Positions 53,028 through 64,000 of a DNA stretch of 64,000 nt are shown in pieces. Origin of the DNA: Takakia lepidozioides (Eukaryota > Plantae > Bryophyta). A model generated the notes under the pieces. The model had not been told where the DNA came from and did not search any database. It worked only from the letters and a program-made list of their open reading frames with translations. A program made the position numbers and the translations under genes. The stretch spans positions 41,540,001 to 41,604,000 of the forward strand of contig CM060731.1 of the NCBI GenBank assembly GCA_030704615.1, read 5' to 3'. Within the stretch, counting starts at the first letter, position 1. Each line of letters starts with the position of its first letter.

Positions 53028-54250
53028 ATGGAGGAGATGTATGGAGCTACCAAGGGGCCACGAAGGTACTCTGGGGCGGTGGGCACCATCGAGTTGGATG
53101 ATTTTATCCAAGAGTTTGATAGTTGGTGTGATTTGCAGCAAATGCGCAATCCACAACTATTTACGCCTTTCATGGCATGGAAGGGGCTGTTTCAGCCCTT
53201 GAGGGCCGCCTATGGATGATTACCATGAGTTCAGGCGGGGGCATGAGGTTGAGATCGAGGAGTGGAGGATGTACTGGTCACCCGACTATGTCTCCATCAC
53301 TAGGGGCACTAGAGCCACGAGGGCAGTGGCTACACCTGCCGCTGCACCGGCAGCTTCAGCAAGTAGCAGTGGGACTGGTGGTACAGTAGCTACGACGTCC
53401 ACCCAAGCCACTACCGCACCAGCACTAGCACCCGTGCCTGCCTTCAACCCTGTTGTGGAGTTCTTCGAAGAGTTGAGAGGGAACTACCAAGGGGTGAGGA
53501 CAGAGAAGTTGCGGAGCTTGCAAGAGTTCCAACGGAAGCCGACCGAGAGCTTGAGGGAGGCTTTCACTCGCATGAGGCGCTTGATAAATGTAACCCAAGG
53601 GTTTACGGAAGCTCAGGCAGTCCAATTCTGGTATGGGATATTGGACAAGGAGCTGAGGAGAAGGGTGCGGGATGCAACTCTCCTACAAGCGGCCCAACCC
53701 ACCTTAGCAAATGTGTTTTTGCTGGCAGAGCGGATAGAGCTCAACATGGTGGAGGAACGAGTGGTCATGGTGGGATTTGCTAAGGAGACACCACGGGGTA
53801 GTGGTGCTCCTAGCCAACCACTACCTCAACGTGCTCAAGGCAACAAGGGGGCTCAGGTGAAGCTCAGGGAAGGGCAGAGAGGACCTCAGATGCAGGGTCT
53901 CTCCCTTCATTTGCTGGCCAACAACGGGCGGATGTGGTGTGCTGGACATGTGGAGGACCCCATGTCAAGAAGGATTGCCAGAGGGAGGCAAAGGGCCGGC
54001 ACATGCACAGCCTGCACAGTTGCAGTGTGGGCATTGTGGCAAGCACGGGCATGGAGAGGCCCAGTGTTATGGTTTGCATCCTGAGTTGCGCCCAGGCCAG
54101 TTCCAAGGGAACAATGGTGGCCGGGGCGAGGTGGAGCAGCCCAGAGAGGACGAGGTGGCCAGCCACGAGGCCAAGGGCAAGCTCAACATGGCCAAGGACG
54201 CGGAGGTCAGGGTGTTGACCAAGGCATGGCCAACCGGCTTCAGCAGCTAG
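53028..54250 (+). CDS. gag-like ORF (frameshifted) with two CCHC knuckles
   Basis: LDDFIQEFDSW; LQEFQRKPTESLREAFTRM...AVQFWYGILDKELR (retrotransposon gag core); CWTCGGPHVKKDC and CGHCGKHGHGEAQC. Confidence 0.8.
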
Positions 54251-54989
54251 AGCAGAGGCTCGCTGCCATGGCTACAGCTCAGGTGGTACCGGCTCTAAGG
54301 CCGGATGGTCCACCTCCTGCTCCTGAGGGAGGAGATATGGGAGGCATGGGATTCATGTGTGGAGCAGCACTACCACTAGTGCAGGTGGAGTCTGCTGCAG
54401 CCGTGACTCGAGGAGCAGCACGAGTTCCTGAGCCACGAGGTGCAGAGGTGGAGTTGGATCCACAGCGTGGGGAGGCAAGCCGTCAGGCTAGGCTTCCTCA
54501 GTCATTCACATTGGCGGAGACAGTGTCGACGCCATCCATGGCACCTAGTTCTCGCCCGACTGTTACCGAGGCGGAGGTTACTATGCCATTGGGGAGAGCT
54601 ACACGGGTAGCACCACTACCTAGTGTTGCCAAGGCTACGGCAGCTAGTGTGCTGCTAGGAGCGGCCACATCTGTGAGGCTCCATTGTTTCGGCTACCATG
54701 ATTGCGACGCCGGGGGTAAGACCAGCTGAGGTGTTCAGGCTGGCAGCTACACTCTGTGAGAGTGGGGAGGTTACTTCATCTTCTGCGGAGATAGTGGGAG
54801 GTGTAGTGCCGGAGGGATCCTCGGATTTGAGGGTCAAGACTGCCACGGCGCGCCATGGCAAGCTGCAGCTGCCAGGTTGATGGAGCTGCCAGCTAGGCCA
54901 GCCATTGAGCGCGCCATGGTGACACCTGGAGTTGTCATGTTAGACAACCAGGATGGCATTTTCTGTTTGAGTGGACCGGCAGGCAAGAG

Positions 54990-55320
54990 GTACCGGCCAC
55001 TGCGGTCTTGTTGGACTCGGGAGCTCAGCCATGATGCTGGGCAGAGCTGCTATTGCAGGCTTGGGCCTCACGGAGGCGGATATGGAGCCTTGTCCTTTCC
55101 AGATACAGACGTCTCTGGGAGGATCGGAGCAGGCTCGGGGCATGACACGGCGTGAGTTGGCTATCAGACTACGGCCGGATCACCCTACAGATGGCTCAGT
55201 GATGCGAGCCAAGGCCATTGTGACAGACGCGTCTCATACGATGTCCTGGTTGGTGGGGCAGTGTTGTACCCCATGGCTTCACCCTGGATTTTTGGGAGGA
55301 GTCAGCTTCCTATAGGCCTG
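54990..55320 (+). CDS. Aspartic protease domain
   Basis: VLLDSGAQP, with DSG at 55014-55022; downstream YDVLVG-like motif. Confidence 0.75.
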
Positions 55321-55719
55321 CATGGCAGTCAGGGGAGGGCCGGCGTGTGCAGCTCCCTGTGACGTTCATAGGAGGAGTTGCGGTTGCCCAGCGAGGCAAG
55401 ATGCCGACACTAGCAGCATTCACAGCGCAGTGAGTTGGCCTAGAGAGTTGCTTGAGGGCAATGCTCATTCAGAGGATGTACCACCTCCGGGAGAGCAGGA
55501 TGACATGTATGGTATGGCGGAGTTGCCTACCATGGTTGCTCAGACTCCATTGTGGGGCACGAGCAAGGATTTGCAGCGGGATGCTGATCGACGGGTGCAA
55601 CAAGCCTGGGTGGAGGCTTTTGTACCGTCAGGAGAGGAGGAGAGTGCGGGGATTGCACCAGGACCACCTCAATTGTCTCCATTGGACACCACACCTATTG
55701 TGTGGCAGTATCCGGATGA

Positions 55720-56680
55720 AGGCATTTGTCTTCTGGACTTGTTTGCGGGATCAGCACCGGATTGGCTGCTGTGTTACAGGCAGGTGTACGAGTTCGGCGT
55801 TACCTGTATGTGGAGAGGGATGAGACTGCACGACGCGTTTCACTTCGCCATGTTGCTCAGTTGGTGCAGCGGTACCCTGAGTTGTTGTCGGTGTCTGCAA
55901 TTCGTGGATATCAGCAGGCCTTGCCAGCAGACATTTCGTTGCTGGGGGCGCAGGATTTGGAGCGGGTTGGCTCCATTGATCTGGTAGTGGCAGGTTGGCC
56001 CTGCCAAGGGCATTCATCAGCCGGGCATGGCAATGGATTGCGAGACTCGAGGTCGGGTCTGTTTTGGGAGATGGTGCGGGTTTTGCGCCACTTGCAGCTT
56101 CATCAAGCTGTATCTCCAGCATACATCTTGGAGAATGTGCCACTGATGGGCGATTCTCGGGCCAGGGGATGGCCAGTGTGCATCAAGTCCGGTCGTGGCT
56201 TGGGTCAGCAGTGTTTGCTAGATGCAGCTACAGTGGGGTCACGGGCTCATCGTCCACGGCTATGGTGGACTAACTTGATGCCACCCGCACTGCTCAAGCG
56301 TGCATTTGATGGGGTGCAGCGGCCAGCACATCTCACAGTGGATAGCATTCTGGACACAGGGAGGCAGTCTCAGCGTGTGAGACACGATGACCGTTCGCCT
56401 TTGGCAGTGGTCAACAAGGTGGGTCAACCACGAGCAGCATTACCTACACTGCTCAGCTTCCCAGGATCGCATGCTTTCCGGGATAGTGGACCTGGCCTCC
56501 TGTGGGATGCTCAGTTGCAGCAGTTAGTGGAGCCTAATGCTGACGAGCGTGAGCGGGCAATGGGTTTTACCACTGGTACCACGGCGGTGTCGTCTCTTTC
56601 TGAGGCATCACGTCGTCAAGTGTTGGGGCAAGCAATGGATCTCAATTGCTTGACCTGGATTATCAGCTTGGCTCTGGCTG
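55720..56680 (+). CDS. C5 cytosine DNA methyltransferase domain (DNMT3-like, non-permuted motif order) within pol
   Basis: Motif I LLDLFAG(I)STG (across a 1-nt frameshift near 55750); II YVE.D; III ADI; IV DLVVAGWPCQG (catalytic Cys codon at 56002); SGLFWE; VI YILENV; VIII RAHRPRLWWTN; IX ERERAMGF..GTT; X RRQVLGQAMD. Confidence 0.92.
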
Positions 56681-57099
56681 AGCAACGCAGAGTGCGGAGT
56701 ACACTTCCCTCAATGGTCTCTCTGCCTACCGAGACGGTACAGGCAGTGAGTGGGGGCGAGCATGTGAGGACCACGGGGTGCATGCATCCATGGCACACGT
56801 GGGAGGTGCTCGAGGTTCAGAGGGAGTTGGCAGCCAAGGCGGCTGTGATGATGAGGTTGGGGATTCTTCTCGGGTTGAGGAGGTCCTCAAGGATGAGATG
56901 ATGGGGCAGGATGAGGCCTTGTCATTGACTGAGCAGGTAGGAGTACTGCTCAAGAGGTTGCAGCATAGCAACCACGGGACGCGTCCTCTACCTCTAAGCC
57001 CACTGGACTTAAGGTTGTAGTTACGGAGGACAATTGGGAGCCTGACATTGGACCCATTGTCACCGGAGGAGAGAGACGACGTATACGGCGGTTCCTGAG

Positions 57100-59900
57100 G
57101 GCTTACAGGAATTGCTTTGCCTTCAGTTTGAAGGACTTGGGAGCACTGAAGGGTCAAGAGATCCGTATTGAGTTGGCCACTGACACGCCAATCTTTCGGA
57201 GACCCTATAGATACAGTGACATGGAGAGGTCTTTGATTCAGATGAGGACTCAAGATCTCTGGGAGGCAGGTTTGGTGGAGCTCTCTGGTGGAGAGTATGC
57301 TTCAGCCACAGTGATGCCAGCCAAGAAGGATGTCTATGGCAATTGGACGAGAGACGTATGTGCGGTGATTACCGGCCTGTAAATCGTCAGACCAAGTCCG
57401 ATAAGTATGCCATGCCAACACCAGAGGAGATCTTTGATGCCATCGGGCATGCTAAGGCCTTTAGCACTTTGGATTTACGATCCGGATATCACCAGTTGCC
57501 AATCAAGGAGGCGGACAAGCAGAAGACGACATTCTGGGGGATCAATGAGCACGGCAAGGATTGCCTATATCAGTGGCGGTTCTTACCATTTGGGCTTAAG
57601 AATGCTCCTGCAGAGTTTCAGAGTCATGGATAGGATTCTAGCAGGGTGGACTTTGCTCGGTGCTACATAGATGACATCATCATCTTTAGTGTTACGATGG
57701 AGGAGCATGAGAGACACCTTCAGGTGGTATTGGAGCGCTTGAGAGCGCACGGATTGAAGTTGCATCCGGGGAAGTGCAAGTTTTTCCACAACCAGATTGA
57801 GTATCTGGGTCATGATATATCCTGGAGGATTGGGGGTACAGCAGACTAAGGTAGAGGCCATTGCACAAATTCCACGCCCCACGGATGTGAGCCGAGTTCG
57901 AGCTTTCATGGGGTTGGCAAACTATTATAGACGGTTTGTCAAGGGATTTAGTACCATTGCAAAGGCTCTAACCAAGCTGACCAAGGTGGACCAGGAGTGG
58001 CAGTGGGAAGATGAGCAGGAACGAGCTTTTCAAGAGCTCAAGGCGAGGTTGACCTCGGCGCCTATCTGAGACGACCTATCAGGGGGCGTCCCTTTCAGCT
58101 GCATACGGATTGGAGCATGCTGGGGCTTGGAGCGGTGCTCACACAGGTGGATGATGAGGGAAGAGAGTTCGTAGTGGCTTACGCTAGCCGCTCGAAACGC
58201 TGCAGAGGCTAAGTACAGCTCATATGAGGGAGAGTGCTTAGCTGCAGTGTGGGCCGTGGCACACTTCAGGTGCTATCTATACGGCAATCTTTTCACCCTT
58301 GTCACGGATCACCAGCCACTCAAGTGGTTGATGGAGTCAGACAAGCTTACGGGGAAGCTTGCACGGTGGGCACTTATACTCCAGGAGTATGACTTTCAGG
58401 TTGTGCATCGACCGGGTTTGGTCAATCGGGATGCGGATGGATTGAGTCGCAATCCATGCATGAGCCAGCAGGATGACACTGGAGCTCGGTGGCATGGTGA
58501 GACGGACGAGGAGATGGTGCCGGGATGGCACGCATCTGCATTTTTGTGTATCTTGGCATCGGGAGGTCAGATTGGACCTACAACAGGGATGACTGTAGAC
58601 GGAGTGTCTGAGGACCCTGAGGCTAGTGATGAGCTAGGTGGTGCCAGAGATATACATGAGGATTCGGCTGTGTTGGACTACCTCCGCACGGGAGACACGG
58701 CAGCCACTGTGACTGCCAGGGAGGGATCGGATCCTGCAACGAGCCAAGAGGTTCAAGTGGGAGGGGATACACCTACTTCGAGTGTGGGAGGATGGTCGGG
58801 TGAGGATTGTGCCTCACCCCACACAGCGTGCACGGTTAGTGCGGCATGCCCATGAGGAGTTGGGGCATTTTTGGAGTGCGACGCACTCACAGTTTACTGC
58901 AGGGCAGTATTGGTGGTGGTATGCATACAGAGGTGCAACAGTTCGTGGCTAGGTGCATGGTGTGTGACAGGGTGCGTGCTTCATTCAACGCCCCTACACC
59001 ACAGTTGCATCCTTTACCAATCATGGGATTGGGCTACAGGTGGAGTCTTGACTTCGCAGGACCGTTGCCACTGACTATGCGCCACCACAGATGTGTTGGT
59101 GATGGTGGAGCACTTCTCCAAGTGGATTGAGTTGGTTCCATTGCCTGACAAGGCTAGTGAGGGGGCTGCGTATGCATTCTTGGATCGTGTGCTTAGCCGA
59201 TTTGGTGCTCCAGCTGAGGTACTCACGGACCAAGGGAGAGAGTTCTTGGGGGAGTTTCAGGCTTTGTGTGATAAAGCCTTGATAGACCACCACCACTTCT
59301 CGGGATCATCCTGAGGCCGATGGCTTGGCAGAGAGAGTTGTTCAGACGGTGAAGAGGGGTTTGCGCAAGTATGGCTTGCAGAAGGGACACCTAGGAGATT
59401 GGGATCTTCAGGTTCCTTGGTTAGCCATGGGCTACAGGTTCAGCAAACAAGCATCACTTGCCTCCTTCTCACCATATTTCCTTCTCTTTTGGCCGAGAGC
59501 CGGATTTGCCTGCAGCCATTCGTAGGGACACTGCTCAAGTCCTTAACCTTGACGATCCGGACGTGTGGGTACGTGCATGTGATCAGCGTGCAGAGTTGTT
59601 CAAGAAAGTCATGCCCATGGCTTTTGAGAACCTTGCCATTGCACACACCGTGATACGTTGAGGTATGCCACTATACGTGGTGGAGGATATCGTCCTGGGG
59701 TTCGGAGGTTTAGCCCTGGTGACTATGTTTATTTGCAGCAGACTGCTCCTACGACTCTGGATGTTACTGCAGGGCGTGTTATTCTGAGGGTTCGAGAGGT
59801 GTTGCCCTCAGGGGTCCTGATCTTGGAGGGTCGGGATGGCATGACTTGGAAGGACCATGTGCGTAATTGTGCGCATGTCACCTTCCCAATGTCGATGGCA
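57100..59900 (+). CDS. RT, RNase H and DDE integrase of the DNMT-carrying element (several 1-nt frameshifts)
   Basis: [36 protein letters not shown] (57664), LHTDWS..GLGAVLTQ, VAYASR, TDHQPL, HEELGHFG..C..C, WSLDFAGP, LTDQGREF, GLAER. Confidence 0.92.
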
Positions 59901-59941
59901 GAGTTGACCCAAACTTGGCAGTGGTACCTGCAGGTTTGAGG

Positions 59942-60084
59942 TGCATGCTCTGTGGGTCTGCCAAAGGGGCAGCCACCATGCTGGTGTGTGATCGATGCTC
60001 AAGGGTTGGCATATGGGATGCTTGACACCACCTCTTGAGAAGGTTCCTGACGGAGATTGGTTGTGTCCACACTGCTTGGGATAG
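59942..60084 (+). CDS. PHD finger (C4HC3) at the integrase C-terminus
   Basis: CMLCGSAKGAATMLVCDRCSR(G)WHMGCLTPPLEKVPDGDWLCPHCLG*, with one 1-nt frameshift near 60004. Confidence 0.88.
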
Positions 60085-60329
60085 TGGCAGTGGACATGAC
60101 TGGAGGCAGCTAACAAGACATGGGAGGCCAAGCTCATAGGAGTCAATACATGAGATCCCAAGCTCAAGTTCACAGGTTGCAAGACGGCGACTAACGATGG
60201 GGCAACTCTTGCACCCGGCCTCTTGATCTATCGAGTTTGAGTGTAGTAGGGATAGTGGTGGAGGACTTAGTGAGGCTATGGTCACTATCACATCTTGTGG
60301 CTACCTGGACTTAGAGGGACCTAAGCACC

Positions 60330-60343
60330 AGCTAGGGGGGCGA
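60330..60343 (+). promoter_or_regulatory. Polypurine tract
   Basis: agctaggggggcga lies just before TGTGTGG, the start of repeat B1. Confidence 0.7.
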
Positions 60344-60344
60344 T

Positions 60345-60520
60345 TGTGTGGACTAGTGACTGCCATAGTGGGCAGCATAGTGGCAGCCTAGTGACTGACT
60401 AGTTGTAGCCTAGTGGTTGGACTAGTGGTGGACTAGTGGTATACTAGTGTGTGGTGTGCACATGTGTTGTGTGGTTTTGGACAGCGATGTAGTTGTGTAG
60501 CGATATGTATGCGCACGACA
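60345..60520 (+). repeat. Terminal repeat B1 (176 bp)
   Basis: Matches B2 (60841-61028), which carries one extra 12-bp GTGGCTGGACTA unit. Rich in ACTAGT palindromes. Confidence 0.95.
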
Positions 60521-60522
60521 GC

Positions 60523-60839
60523 TGTCAAGTTATTTTACCACTAGTGTGAAACTAGCTAGGAAATAGCTAGCTTTTACATATTGACATTTGGGATTGGCCC
60601 AAGTGTCAATCCAGGGGTCAAGGCAGATTTAGGCCCTGGAGTGGTTATCTTCACGGCAAGCGCGGAAGGCTCATCTTTCTCGAGTTGAGCCTCACCGCGC
60701 CTAGCTATGGCGCCGTAGTGTGGATTCCCCATGGCGTGGGGTGCACTTGGCTTGACTTGTATTTGAGTGATGAGGTTATATATGCATGAGTTTATGCTTC
60801 AGCTTTGTGAGCTCGTGCTTGTATTCTTCTTCTTTATCA
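60523..60839 (+). repeat. Repeat A2 (317 bp)
   Basis: Copy of 49914-50229. Confidence 0.95.
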
Positions 60840-60840
60840 T

Positions 60841-61028
60841 TGTGTGGACTAGTGACTGCCATAGTGGGCAGCATAGTGGCAGCCTAGTGACTGACTAGTT
60901 GTAGCCTAGTGGTTGGACTAGTGGCTGGACTAGTGGTGGACTAGTGGTATACTAGTGTGTGGTGTGCACATGTGTTGTGTGGTTTTGGACAGCGATGTAG
61001 TTGTGTAGCGATATGTATGCGCACGACA
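60841..61028 (+). repeat. Terminal repeat B2 (188 bp)
   Basis: Copy of 60345-60520; ends GACA, followed by the TSD. Confidence 0.95.
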
Positions 61029-61340
61029 ACCCATATAGCAGATCCGTACTCCAAGGCAGGTCTAATAACGCGACAAAGCATGGTTTTCTTAACCTCGGAG
61101 ATGACCCCTCTGCAGTGGAAAAATTTAGTGAGCCCCAGAGCTTTGCCCTTGCCAGTTTGAACAACTTTCCGTATATGTGCATCCCAATTACAATTGGAGG
61201 AAAACTCAATGCCTAGGTAAGTGTAGGAAGGGAGGACCGGGATCTCTTGGCTACCCCACTGCCACTTAAGATCACTTCCTCCCTCTCCTCTGTCGTTGAT
61301 TGCTACCACTGCACATTTCTGCCTAACTTCATTTTCTGCC
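61029..61340 (-). mobile_element. LINE ORF2 segment (right flank, continuing the LINE interrupted at 49913)
   Basis: YTYLGIEF...NW..HI...; VKKTMLCRVIRPALEYGSAIWV. Confidence 0.88.
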
Positions 61341-61344
61341 CAAT

Positions 61345-62450
61345 CACATCTCCTCTACGCTGATGATGTTGCCCTTTTGGCACAATCCCGGTCTTTCTGC
61401 AACGCCATCTCTAAATTTGGAACAGTTCTGCAAAGACTATGGGATGCAAGTCATCTTAGCAAGACCAAGATCATGGTCTTCAATGGCCAGGCTGATCGTA
61501 GATTCATCTTCAACCAGCAGTAAATTGAGATTGTCAAATCACACCGGTACCTAGGTCTGGTTATCCACTCCCCCAAGTTTCACTTTGCAGCCACTGCCTT
61601 GGACAGATTGACTAAAGGTAAGGCGGCCTCCGTCCGCCTTCACGCCAAATGCAAGCAAACATGTGCGGCATCCCCCGACCAAAAAGTGTCTGTTTGACAC
61701 CGTCGTCAGCCCTGCTACCATCTATGGTTGTGAGTTCTGGGCACCTGGTGTCCCTATCTCCTGGTGGAAAAAGATTTTGGAACCATTACAGTCATCTTTT
61801 CTCCAAGCAATGCTTGGCGCCAGGAGCACAACTCCCTCTCAGATCCTAGGTGCAGAGTTCGCATGTGTACCATTGCAATCCGAGGCACAGTTCAGGCTTA
61901 CAATCTGTGAGGAATAGATTGCAGGCCCTTCCACCCAAAGGGCTAGTGGCAAGGCCCTCACAACATCTATGAGGCTCAAAGCTGCAGGTTTTCGGGAACT
62001 CCTGGTATGCTCGAGTGGACAGTTTATTTCAACGTAACCGACTTTCTACTACTTTCCTATTACCAATGAACCCAGATGAGGTGGACATCACATCCACACA
62101 TGACCGCAACAGACTCATTCGGAGAGAGCTTGTGGAATTACATGTGAGAGAAACTTGGATGCTACCCAATCACAACAAAGCTCCACTTCTATCGAGAGAC
62201 ATTCTTGGTGCTCCGCGATGATAGAATCTTGAGACCAAATTACCTTTCAGCACCCCTTAGCTCCTTCCCTCTTGAGGGCATTGGGGCAGTTCAGGGTGGG
62301 TTCCCACAACCTACGGATAGAGACTGGCAGATGGGAAAACTGCAACGGGAGGACCGCCTATGTCCAGCTTGCATAGGGCGCAGCAAGGAAATTGAAACTG
62401 AAGAACACTTCTTTCTTCTACTGCCCTCTATACTACGAGATCCGATTGAA
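61345..62450 (+). mobile_element. Second LINE family RT 3' fragment
   Basis: LLYADDVALLA; SKTKIMVFN; YLG; PATIYGCEFW; R.DRLCPAC....IETEEHF.L. Confidence 0.85.
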
Positions 62451-63469
62451 CAACTTTATGGATATGTGCATCCCAGTTTCAGTTTTAGGAGAACTCAACG
62501 CCCATAGAACATGAACAGAAGTAGGGGTAGAACTCACCTCATGCGCAGCGGGTTTTTGTGCCGTTTGCGCACCTTTTGGAGAGACTCTGCAGATGGAGGT
62601 GCAATTTCCGCCGAACTGTCCTCCACCTCATCGTCGTCGCCCATGCTATAGTCGCTTGTGTCAAATCCGAACTGGAAGACCGCCCACTGCTCTGCCTTCC
62701 CTCTCGCACCGACGCCATCTGTACCAGATTCAGTCGAGCCAGGCGGGGGCTCCTTCGCACCGCGGGGCTGGAATGTGCACAAGTGGGAGGAGGTGATGCT
62801 GCCTCGGCGGTCGACCGCTTCTTACTAGGCGTGGACATAGACCATGACAAAGATGAAGACGAGCGAGGACATAGACCATGAGCAAGACAAAGACGAGCGA
62901 GGAAGACCAAGACATGCAAAGGAGGAAAGAAGGACAAGGAGGGGAGTGTGATCACACACCCCCCGAGCTCAAGGTGAAGATCCGGCCGTTGTTGATTTCA
63001 AATATGAACACGTGTCGTGCATCCGACACTATGGCCTTTTCGACTTTGAGACGTTAAACCCTAAACCACTTACAGTCCTCCAGACAACTAGATGTAGTGA
63101 TTCACACAACTGACATTTGGTTGGCTTGTTATGCAGGCTTGTTCTGTAATCTCCAGTAGACATCATACAGTTTCTTTGTTTCTTTCATTTTTTGTAATGT
63201 TTGTACAGTTCATATCCTCAATGTCTCAAGCAAATGAGAGGTAGTCCTGGTAGGATGGTCAATGTCCTTAAAAGCGGCCTTGTCTATTATCCATCCAAAA
63301 ACTAAAGGTCTCATCTATCATGGTTAATATATGTTTGGATAAGAAAATGACTCGGTATGTCTTCTTTTTCACAATCACGGGGAGGGTTACCTCAACTCAC
63401 TAGCTGATCTCTTAGCACAATTGACACCAAGCCCTTGACACGGTTTTCATGTGCATGTCAGCATGCTCC

Positions 63470-63570
63470 AAAACAGCCAATGTGGCTGTTCGGGCGAGTT
63501 TGGCATTCGTTCCTTAAGCTCCCGACGACATAAATTCAAGGTCAGATGGTGGGGCCAGTTGCAACAATGA
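63470..63570 (+). mobile_element. Short LINE fragment (reverse complement of about 49735-49835)
   Basis: aaaacagccaatgtggctgttcgg..gagtttggcat...ttcaaggtcagatggtgggg matches the LINE at 49735-49835. Confidence 0.8.
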
Positions 63571-63769
63571 ACCGATATTAGCCTTGAGTAGTTCTCTGAC
63601 TCTTTGTGGGCCCTTCTATGGTTATTTGTTTGTTGTTCTACTCCTTGTGGCCCTTAGGAATCCCACAGACGTGATACACATATCTTTCCTCTTCTCACTT
63701 TCGGTCCTTTACTAACTACCAGAAATGTCACACGTATGTCTGCATCTGAAACTTTTCACCTTTGAGACA

Positions 63770-63965
63770 ACATTCTGCAGCACGCTCTGCTAGCTTCACA
63801 TTGCCATGTATTCTGCAGGCACCAAGTAAAGCGCCACACTAAAGCATCTGGTTTAATTGGCATTCTGTTGATGAAATTCTCCGCCTCATCCAAGCGCCCT
63901 GCACGGCCAAGAAGGTCAACCATGCAGCCAAAATGTTTTCCTGTTGGAATGATTCTATTATCACA
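63770..63965 (-). pseudogene. PLS-class PPR protein fragment (last repeat and start of the E domain)
   Basis: HFGCMVDLLGRAGRLDEAENFINRMPIKPDALVW, then after a frameshift LLGACRIHGNVKLAERAAE. Bounded by LINE sequence. Confidence 0.85.
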
Positions 63966-64000
63966 CACAGCAGATTGATGCTTGTGTGAAGGGTTTTCTA

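Larger units (their letters stand above)
49914..61028 (+). mobile_element. Full-length Ty3/gypsy-type retrotransposon carrying a C5 DNA methyltransferase and a PHD finger, with split LTRs (A-internal-B-A-B) and TSD ACCC
   Basis: Ends are TGTC...GACA, flanked by ACCC at 49910-49913 and 61029-61032. The empty site can be reconstructed from the LINE copy at 41881 (ttatcaaccc|atattgcagatccg). Domain order gag-PR-MTase-RT-RH-IN-PHD. Confidence 0.92.

Noticed and set aside
55720-56680. Host DRM/DNMT3 gene or bacterial contamination
   Set aside because: The domain is intronless, lies between PR and RT inside a TSD-bounded element, and has no UBA domains or permuted motif order.
49914-61028. Classification as a DIRS/Ngaro tyrosine-recombinase element because of the split repeats
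   Set aside because: No recombinase motifs were seen. It has a protease, an HHCC/DDE integrase, TG..CA ends and a TSD.
61319-61337. 19-bp identity (tctgcctaacttcattttc) with about 49510-49528
   Set aside because: Too short to interpret. It could be an internal LINE repeat or a chance match.

Overview
Repeat-dense eukaryotic DNA, most likely from a seed-free land plant (a PLS-class PPR fragment, a cytosolic class I small HSP, Sola-like and CACTA elements). Only one intact host gene is evident: a two-exon sHSP at 28456-29102. The rest is nested transposons: Sola-like fragments, a CACTA transposase with its right TIR, a MULE/SWIM transposase flanked by 28-bp palindrome arrays, a gypsy element with a dUTPase-like domain, a decayed chromovirus-type pol, a CACTA accessory gene containing an FCP1/HAD-like domain, and LINE fragments. 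The standout is an apparently young 11.1-kb Ty3/gypsy element (49914-61028). It encodes gag-protease-C5 DNA methyltransferase (DNMT3-like)-RT-RNaseH-integrase-PHD finger and has a candidate self-priming PBS. Its LTRs are split or circularly permuted (A...B-gc-A-B), and its ends map to the palindrome GACA|GC|TGTC with a 4-bp TSD, suggesting integration of a circular intermediate. All domain calls come from motifs recognised by eye; no searches were run.
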